A stretch of 18,917 bases of DNA from assembly GCA_024626585.2 (NCBI GenBank), contig JANKJI020000002.1, forward strand, positions 77,333,679-77,352,595, given 5' to 3'. The notes below the pieces were generated by a model that had not been told where the DNA came from, did no database searches, and saw only the letters and a list, made by a program, of their open reading frames with translations. The stretch comes from Ginkgo biloba (taxonomy: Eukaryota > Plantae > Ginkgophyta). Shown here one piece after another: positions 10,420 to 18,917 of the stretch. How positions within the stretch are numbered: position 1 is the stretch's first letter; every line of letters starts with the position of its first letter. The translations under genes and the position numbers were made by a program.

Positions 10420-12970
10420 TGTTGGCATCAAATCAAACATTTCGAGAATCGATAACAGGACCTAAAAAGGCAAATAATACCCCAACAGGGAATTTGAAGA
10501 TGCGAGTGTTATATTAAATGGAAGCTTTCTACCTTGTGAAAATTGCAAATGGACAACACGATTCAAAAACTCCAAATGGACAACACGATTGAAAATCTAA
10601 AGTGGAGTCATCCATAGCGATGGTTGAAATGCTATAAACAAAATTCTATGCCACCTTGCCGTGTATTGCTACTGACTATGGTTAATCATGATTTGGTGGA
10701 GTGGGCCTCCTACGTTTGGTAAGTCAACTAGAGTGGATGCGAGAAGTTGGCCACCCTAGAGGGGGAACGCATTTACGAGACCCTTGGTGTAGAAGATACA
10801 TTGAGTTTTATTAGAGGGGTAACATCAGATATATGAAACAATTGGTTGATCTCCACCAGTTGGAGGACGCTAAATGGGAGATTGACGAGATACCTATTGA
10901 ATTGGCTCAAGGCACATGTCGGATATCATTTCATTTGGGAATTTGCCTGCGTTGGATTAGATAGGAGTTACATAATAAAGAGGGATATCTCCTCTAGATG
11001 TTCCCCAAAATTGATCCATGAGCCACTGGATAAAATGTGACCCGTAAGCTGTGGGTGCCCTTCTTGGAAAAGGAATTATATGGAGGGGCCCTTTCCTCAG
11101 TCCTTGGCTTCCTTACACCTATTATAATCTGAGATAATTTGGGTATTGATGATGGGTTCTTTAATTTGGGCAACTACCTTGGACATAATCTAGGTATGCT
11201 CGACTAGGACGGGGTCTAAAAATTCTTTGATATATTATGCCCTCTCCACCTATCTGGCTATGCCCACAATAAACTCATAGAGGGATTAGTTTCCCTACTC
11301 TTCTATAGATGCCAATTGTATTGCGAATTGATTGGTGAACTCTCCTCAGGTGACATCCAGCTCTACTTTTGAAGGGAAAGAGTTATCGAGTTTTGTCACT
11401 AGGGGCATCTTGGCATTGTCCAGTAGAGCCTTGGTGCTTTATGAGGATTATTCTAGTTGCCTACCTGATGATATTAGTGGTGTGATATTGTCCTATAGTG
11501 TCTACCTAGTTTTGGCTAGGATGTTCTCATAAATGATGATCTCATCCAACTAGAGTAATGATAATTTAGGTAGTAGATTATGGCAGGCTATGCTTCTGAG
11601 GGTGGCTAACTTAGATCCCCATTCATTCACCTGTTCTAAAGAGGCTTTAATCCAATGATGAGTCTCCTCACCCCTTCCCTAAGATTCTTCTATCTTCATG
11701 AAAGACCATTATAAGTCTCTGATGAAGCCTGCTATCTCTGCACCCATTGAAGGCAAAGCCATAATCTTCTCCTGGTTATGCACTAGCTCCATTTGCATCC
11801 TTTCCACTACTTATTCTAACATCTTGTTCATAGATCAAATGATGGATACTAGATCCGNNNNNNNNNNNNNNNNNNNNNNNNNNNNNNNNNNNNNNNNNNN
11901 NNNNNNNNNNNNNNNNNNNNNNNNNNNNNNNNNNNNNNNNNNNNNNNNNNNNNNNNNAAGTAAGTTTTACTCTCAAAGAATTCTCTCTTGTGCATGCTAT
12001 TGTACCAACACAGTTCTCCAAATTACGTCATTTGAGCATTCGGTATTTGTGTTATTACAGTTCTCCAACTAATAATATCCTCAGGCAAGCCTTGGGTTAT
12101 TACTAGTGGACAGAGATGGATGAGCCTGTGGGTTGTCCACAACTGTACAACACTTGTTCCACAGCTGTATTTCATTTTCATTTTTTTCCAGTATCTAGGT
12201 TTCTTATTTCTTGTTTGGATATGCTTTATTCTCCTCCATGATCTATTGTGCATGTTATAGTTGCCATTCCCAAATTACCTTTTCTTGGACATATGCAGAC
12301 ATAATATGCTTTCTTTCCTTCTCTTCTTTCCTAGCAAAGATTCACCAGGAAATTTGACAACTTTTGGCATTTGCTACTCCATTGGGAATTAGCCTCCAAA
12401 CCTTTTTTTTTTTTTTTGAGACCTTTTTGGATGCTTTCTCAGTCTGAGCATCTTTGCACATGTCATCCTCCTGCTTCATGGTGAATTCCATTCTGGTTTT
12501 TGAAGATTTGGGAGACTCCTGGGGAACCATAGGCTGTCGTCTCTGAGGATGGAGAACACTTGTGACACGAGGCTGGCAACTCCATTGTCTTTGTGAAGAG
12601 ACTTATCATTTTTTTGTTGCATCTTTTCTGCCAGAGATGCCAAGCTTCAGACTGACCTTCTATAAATTTCCATAGCTTCAGACTGAAAATATAAAGATTT
12701 TTGTTAAGTTACACAAGTTTCAATGTTTTAGTTTGTCACTGAATTAAGTATGGTCCTAGGTCCAAGATTTAAGAGGGAAGAGATTCCCTCCAATAACTGA
12801 GAAAGCCATGTAGGGTAGTTCCTCAGCTTCAAATCGTCAAAAGCAGCTTGTTTATAGTGCGGCAAACCCTGAAAAAGACAGTTTCTAGGCCAAAAATCTC
12901 AAATTTCAGCTTAATTGGTAGATTATCAGCCACTGGAGGTAGGCTGACGTCAACAGAAGTCCAACAAACT

Positions 12971-13320
12971 TACTGCCTCCTGACAACAAGCCAAACTGTC
13001 TTTCAGCCTGCAGGTTGCCGAACATCATAAACAATTGCAACAGAGGGTCGTATTACTAGAAACAAATCAGGGTGAATGTTGAAGGTCAAATTCTGTCTAG
13101 CGAACCCTGTTACAACATGAAAGCAGCATAGTGAACCACTACTCTCCTACTGCCTCCTCGCAACAGGCCAGACTGTCTTTCGGCCTTCCAGCAGCTGGCC
13201 AAACCTCAGAAACAACATCAGCAGCAGGTCATAGTACCAGAATAAACAAAGGGTGAAGGTTGGAGGTCAAATTCTATGTAGTGAACCCTCTCACAACATG
13301 AAATCAGCAGAGCAAACCAC
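12971..13320. repeat. Diverged tandem dimer, ~177-181-bp period
   Basis: tactgcctcct...actgtctttc...agggtgaa.gttg.aggtcaaattct...gaaccct...acaacatgaaa.cagca...aaccac occurs at 12971-13139 and again at 13148-13320. Confidence 0.9.
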
Positions 13321-13433
13321 CAAAAACCTAATAGCACCAATAGAATAACACTCAATCGCAGTCCCAGAGTCTTTTCCTTGAAAAGTAGTATCACCCTTCT
13401 TTATGCTGTTCTCTTTCCTAAGTAGGTAGTATT

Positions 13434-13544
13434 GAAGGTTTGTATTTTGAGGAAACCTTTGCACCTATGGCAAAAATGACTACCATCCGAATGATGATTA
13501 ATCTTGCATCTCAATTTGGTTGAGAACTTCACCAAATGGATGTA
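13434..13544 (+). mobile_element. Ty1/copia reverse transcriptase fragment (pseudogenised)
   Basis: Translates to EGLYFEETFAPMAKMTTIRMMINLASQFG*ELHQMDV, matching the copia RT (RVT_2) motif EG.DY.ETFAPVAK..TIR.......W.LHQMDV, with the Trp codon mutated to TGA. Confidence 0.9.
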
Positions 13545-14471
13545 GAGGCTGGAGCTCCTATGTAATTACAAAAGATCATGGAAATATAACTACTTTCAAC
13601 TAACTAAGAACTTTGATGGGCTTGAAATACACATGATTACATGAATTAGATTAAAAACTAGTAAGGTAAAAGATAACTAGGGGGTGGTCTCCAGAGGCGA
13701 AGCTCTTTTGGAGCCAAAGGTTGTCTTTGGACATGGACATTAAAGCAAGTGCTATCCTTTTCCGTTCNNNNNNNNNNNNNNNNNNNNNNNNNNNNNNNNN
13801 NNTTCTTTTATCACACCAGCGGGATTTTATTAAAATGGCCAGTCATTCATCTGCTGTCCTGAATGTCTCATCCTTGGGGAAATGTCTTTCGTGCTTTCAT
13901 CCCATGACCCAGGGTCCATATAGTGGTAAATTCAGTCAAGGGGAGGAGGAGTAACATGCATTTAAGGCTGCTTTATTTCAGCATTTGTTTGGGCTGTAAG
14001 CACAATGGAAGGGAATTTTTTCTCTAAACACCTGGACAGGGTCCATACTCTGAGGGTGTTTTCCTTCTAGAATTTAATGACATCTCCCACCTGGGATTTA
14101 GAGTGTGTCGGATGAAATGTTGGCAGGAATAAGTCTTGTGTTGTAGGTTTTTTTGAATGCGTAGGAAAATTTGAATCTCTTCTCGATGTTACCGTGTTCT
14201 TTGTTTAGTAAGCTCTTGCTTGTAGATATCCTTTCCATCTATGATCAGGGTCAGTGTTTACTTGTAGAAAGTACGTGTGGCCTCAATCAGTGGAGTTTAT
14301 ATTTTTTACTCAATACAATGAAATTACAGCAATATGAGCTCCTTGATCCTCCTGGGTTCGCAGGTATAGGAAGTAATTTGATGAGTTTGAACTTTGAATT
14401 TGTACTGCGCAGTTCTTGTGTCTTGTATGACAGGGCTTCTTAACTGATTCACATTTATTTTGTGTGCGCAG

Positions 14472-14536
14472 CTTCAAGATTGGTTGGATCTATCTCTGAA
14501 CTATTCAGTACCTTCTTCCCTCCTCATACTTTCTAG
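14472..14536 (+). CDS. LETM1: LETM1 internal exon (LQDWLDLSLNYSVPSSLLILS/R)
   Basis: Acceptor gcgcag ending at 14471 and strong donor gtaagc at 14537. Contains the conserved L.DWLDLSL...VPSSLLILSR motif at the end of the LETM1 domain. Confidence 0.93.
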
Positions 14537-14685
14537 GTAAGCATGTTTTTGGTAATTGTCTAAGATGACCTATTTGGTCCTGGAACATTGATTTGCTGGT
14601 TTATTTTTAGCTACTCTAATGTAATCAATTGGTGTTTATCTACTCTAATGTAATGAATTATTGTTTGGGCTGTCATCTTTGCCAG

Positions 14686-14860
14686 GGCTTTTACTGTCTC
14701 AGGAAAGATGAAACCAGAAGAAGCTGTCCAAGCCACACTCTCTTCTCTTCCAGATGAGGTAGTTGACACAGTAGGGGTCACTGCACTTCCAAGTGAAGAT
14801 AGTCTTGCAGAGCGTAGAAGGAAACTGGAGTATCTGGAAATGCAAGAGGAACTCATTAAG
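14686..14860 (+). CDS. LETM1: LETM1 internal exon (R/AFTVSGKMKPEEAVQATLSSLPDEVVDTVGVTALPSEDSLAERRRKLEYLEMQEELIK)
   Basis: Acceptor gccag ending at 14685 and donor gttaca at 14861. Phase 2 to 0, consistent with the upstream exon. Overlaps track ORF 14708..14905. Contains plant LETM1 motifs ATLSSLPDEVVDTVG and ERRRKLEYLEMQEELIK. Confidence 0.95.
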
Positions 14861-16438
14861 GTTACATCTAGCTGGGAGCTCCTCTTGATCATGCTTCTGC
14901 TGTGATCGTTTGTTATTATTGTCAATCTTACTAACGGTGCTGGCTGCATTAAAAATAAAATGTTTGTGTGAAAAGGGACATGGTTAGCATTGATTAAGTT
15001 GTTGCTTAAATGTTTCATTACTAGCATCTCAATATTTTGGAAGCAGAAGCAAGCACATGCTAATTGAAATGTCTGAATGTCTTACTGCTAATGCCTAGAA
15101 TTATGCTTGTACAGCTTTCATTTTTGGGTCTTTGGTCTTAGTCTTACTGTTTTCATTTTTGTTGGCTGGAGTAAAATATATATAAGCGCGGAAGAGATCT
15201 GAGTGGCAAGGTCATAAGTTAATCTGATGATCTTAGTCTTGGTACCCAGAGTGTTTGGAAGTACGNNNNNNNNNNNNNNNNNNNNNNNNNNNNNNNNNNN
15301 NNNNNNNNNNNNNNNNNNNNNNNNNNNNNNNNNNNNNNNNNNNNNNNNNNNNNNNNNNNNNNNNNATGCTCATTAATGCATTAGCCATCATTATTGTATC
15401 AACAATGACCGTTAGCCATTGCAAATCATTAGACAATATGCTTAAGTATGACAACACACAACATTTACCATAATCATAATCAACTAAGCACACCTATCAT
15501 TTATACTTTAGCCATGTAACATTAGTTATTCTTGTATTCAAATAGCAATTAGTTTAATAATATTAATTTGTAATAAATGCTTGTGCATTAACTCTTAATC
15601 AAAGTTTTCAAAATTATGGTTCTAACACCTGATGATATGAATTATTAATTTATGCAATTCAATGGGTTATTTGAGAGTGAATCTCTCAACAACAAGTGCA
15701 TGAGCATAAATATATGTTATGCACTTGCGATAACATTGGAACTTAGTTAAAACCCACAAAAGAGTGATTTACATATATTATTCGTAACTTTATTATAACG
15801 AAAGTTCTATTACAAAAAGGAATATGAAGCCATGACCTCTAGTAGACTCTAGTTTTGCTATAAAACCTGTAAGAAAATCTAATTCTGCTGACATTTTGCT
15901 TCTCTTTGTGGCCCACTTCTGCATGCACAAATACACACATAAAATCCCCCAAAGACCTCTACCTGTCATTAGTCATTTTCACAATAGAATGGGAAATGAA
16001 TCATTTAGTTTCTCAATTAAAGGTGTTCATAATTTTGCCAAAACGATTTTCATAGGCATAAAAACAACTTTTAGTGAAATAATTGTAANNNNNNNNNNNN
16101 NNNNNNNNNNNNNNNNNNNNNNNNNNNNNTGCTTGTCAAAGTTGACAGAGCTGTACAACTTTGCAATTGAACTTAGAATCTAATTTTGCACAAATTTTAT
16201 GTGGCAAGAAGAAATTGTTGTTATGATTTTAATTTGATAAAAATGATAACTTATTTTCTTCTCCTTTAATTTTGATCACCTAGACTTCTGACAGTGTAAT
16301 TTTTATCTCAGTTGGGTTTGCATGTACATAGGTAAATGTATGAATTTGGATGGAGATTCACATTTAGTATTTGAAGTTGGCTATTCATACTTCTTTAAAA
16401 AAGGCCTTATTGATGTTTTTGTGTGTCATGCTTTGCAG

Positions 16439-16468
16439 ATAGAACTGTATAATAGTATGGTTGACAAA
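16439..16468 (+). CDS. LETM1: LETM1 exon, 5' part (IELYNSMVDK); similarity then stops abruptly
   Basis: Acceptor tttgcag ending at 16438. IELYNSMV.K resembles the plant LETM1 C-terminal coiled-coil region. Followed by very AT-rich DNA with an in-frame TGA at 16493-16495. Confidence 0.8.
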
Positions 16469-16702
16469 TGTTTTGATAATAAAAGAGAAAAGTGATATAT
16501 AATGTATATAAATATAACATAAAACTATATATTTTATAATAAATTAATACAAAAATTTAATAATGTAGTAAACTTATGAGAAAATATAAAATACTAACTA
16601 ACNNNNNNNNNNNNNNNNNNNNNNNNNNNNNNNNNNNNNNNNNNNNNNNNNNNNNNNNNNNNNNNNNNNNNNNNNNNNNNNNNNNNNNNNNNNNNNNNNN
16701 NN

Positions 16703-16778
16703 TGCTGCGAGAGAGCAAAGTGATCATGCAGCTGAGACTGCTGCAGAAAGCAAAGTTTCATCTTCTCTCATAAATAGG
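16703..16778 (+). CDS. LETM1: LETM1 exon, 3' part after an N gap (AAREQSDHAAETAAESKVSSSLINR)
   Basis: The frame starting at 16704 reads like plant LETM1 AARE.SD.A....VSS.LI.R. Ends at a consensus donor gtaagt (16779). The start is hidden in gap 16603-16702. Confidence 0.88.
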
Positions 16779-18794
16779 GTAAGTATATTGTATGTCTCCA
16801 TTGAACTTATTTTGATACTTTCCATCTAGTTATTATAGTGAAAAGGTTGTTATGATGTTTCTAATGGCATGCTTATGTATATGCACTCCCTTTTTAATTT
16901 CAAATATTGAGATTTGATTTTTGTAATATATCGTTCCTTTAGTGAGGAAGAGCAAGATTGTCTTTTCTTGATAGTTATGCTAGCCTAAAGGGTACATCTC
17001 GTAAGTTGATCTAGATGAATCAAATTTGATTGTAGTCCTTAAAGTTTGTGCCATTTATTGAAATACGAAGGTGCTATTGGTATAGATTTTGAATGTAATT
17101 TGAATATGTAAAATAAAATGGATTTGTATTTTGGTGTTTTCGAATGTTTAATGAGTGAATGTTGATCTATGGAATCTTGATATCCAAAATTATGTTTGCC
17201 TTCAGGCACATGCTATCACAAAATGGTGCTAAGGGTTCCCACCGTCTTGGTAGTCCCACTAAAGTAGTGTAGAGAAGAATGACATGATTTGGGAATAACA
17301 AAAGGGCAATTAGAACACCATGCAATTGTGTGATCTCTCACATATGTGCACACATACGCATGCACACACAATGTGGGGGGGAAATGACAACCGAATTGAC
17401 TCTACTTGTGTCATGGCCATACCTAGAGAGTCTGTGCAAGTTGTGCATATGACCTACAATTGTCTCATAAAATGTTGTCATTATGTCATTTGAAGATTTG
17501 AGGTAGGCAATTTCTCCATGAGAAGATGCCCATGATCTATATCAAAGGCCTTTTGGAAGTGTACAAAATAGTAGTGGACTTTAAAAGGATGGTGTTTGGC
17601 CTCCTCAATAATTACTTTGCCTAATGGTGGCTACGATGAAAACTTGCTTGTGTTATAGACGAAAAGCCCTTTTTGGCGGTTAACTATGATATTGTAGAGA
17701 GTTTTTTATTTAAGTAAATAATGGCTGCTTCTCATGGGCAATATATGTTGGCAGGTTGCAAGGCGTGATGCTTAGAAATTCTTCTACAAATGTTCATGTC
17801 TTTTCAATGGTTTGGAAATTGCTTGTTGAAGTTCATGGCATTGTTTAATTAGATGTTCTTACAAACTCTTGAATGCTTTTTCAACAAATTTGATGGATTT
17901 TGAAGCAATTGATTAAACAAGGAGACTCTTTAGAAATTATATGATTGGATCAAAATGCAAACCTTCTTAGTCACTAGAGCTTTTGTGTCAAATTAAATAT
18001 GTATGCAAAGAGATTCATGATCAACAAATGGCATTCCTTTATGGGTAAAGCATAATGGATGCTATAATGAGAAATCATTCGATAGCAATTCTCAATGCAA
18101 ATGTTTGAGAGATGTGATCTCAAGAACCAACTTAGGGCTATTAAGCTAAACCATTGAGTATGGCTTGATAGCCTTCATCTAGGGGTTGAGTTATCATTTT
18201 AGATCCTTTTGTTAGAATAACCTAAATGTGACATTAAATGATGCCTTTATCTTCGATTTGCATGTCCATGACATATCGCTTGCTATGTCCTTTGAAGTGA
18301 GTGGTTGTGGGACTAGAGGGGACATCATATAAGAAAGTTATTGCCATTTGAAATCTAGTCACCTATTAGGCAATTTTGGCAGCATAGTTTTGAGATCCTC
18401 ACACAGTCTTATAAAGGAGAATGGTTTCTAGGGGATTGCATTAAGGCCTTGGATTAGTCATCATTCAACATATAAAGATCATTTGAAACTCATTTGAACA
18501 TGGATTCATCTTGGTGTCTTATAGAGGAGGAGTCAAACCTTATATCTAATTTATTTGTTTTGTTACTCTAAGGAAGGGTTCTTTACTATTTTGACTTGTG
18601 TTGGAGTTGGACATCTTTAGGAGGGGGGTCATTGCTATTCTATCAACTAGAATCGTATCATATTCAACCATATTTAGGTATATTGAGCCCTTGATGGCAT
18701 TTATGATCTGACAGTGTGGGTTTTTAGCTAAGTGTTCATGTTGCACTCATGAATTTATATCTTGTGTGAGGATGTGTATAAGGAACAAAATATC

Positions 18795-18858
18795 CATAGG
18801 GACCATGTGACACATAAGGACCATAGGGACTAGATGGCACATATGGACTATAAGGACC
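18795..18858. repeat. Cluster of five ~10-bp motifs (YATADGGACY)
   Basis: catagggacc (18795), cataaggacc (18813), catagggact (18822), catatggact (18840), tataaggacc (18849). Confidence 0.75.
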
Positions 18859-18917
18859 TTATTGCACATATGAGGGATGTTAAAATTATATTTTTCTCAT
18901 AAATAAATGGTATAGGG

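Noticed and set aside
12023-12530. Lys-rich minus-strand ORFs, possibly TE-derived
   Set aside because: No identifiable domain, and the poly-Lys comes from a T homopolymer.
17500-18200. Faint PPR-like words (GVWP, KC.CL, EIHD) suggesting a decayed pseudogene
   Set aside because: No sustained frame or complete motif could be read; a BLASTX or HMM search would be needed.

Overview
Eukaryotic land-plant genomic DNA from a gappy draft assembly. Long TE-filled introns, CpG-poor composition and the style of the Ty3/gypsy remnant suggest a gymnosperm or similar large genome (inference). The window lies inside one + strand multi-exon gene for the mitochondrial inner-membrane protein LETM1 (LETM1/EF-hand family). 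Visible exons are 4261-4407, 4580-4668, 4857-4949, 14472-14536, 14686-14860 and a broken exon at 16439-16468 / 16703-16778. Several expected exons are not visible and probably sit in N gaps, and neither end of the gene is visible in the window. The introns hold a decayed minus-strand Ty3/gypsy gag-protease region with a probable LTR and a (GA)22 tract, a probable tandem array of a non-autonomous Helitron, LTR fragments, a Ty1/copia RT fragment and several local tandem duplications. Most ORFs in the supplied track are artefacts of N runs or low-complexity DNA. I found no convincing evidence of a wholly new biological system. The best leads are the Helitron-like array, the interrupted LETM1 exon, a candidate 13-nt poison micro-exon and a possible LTR-LTR junction.
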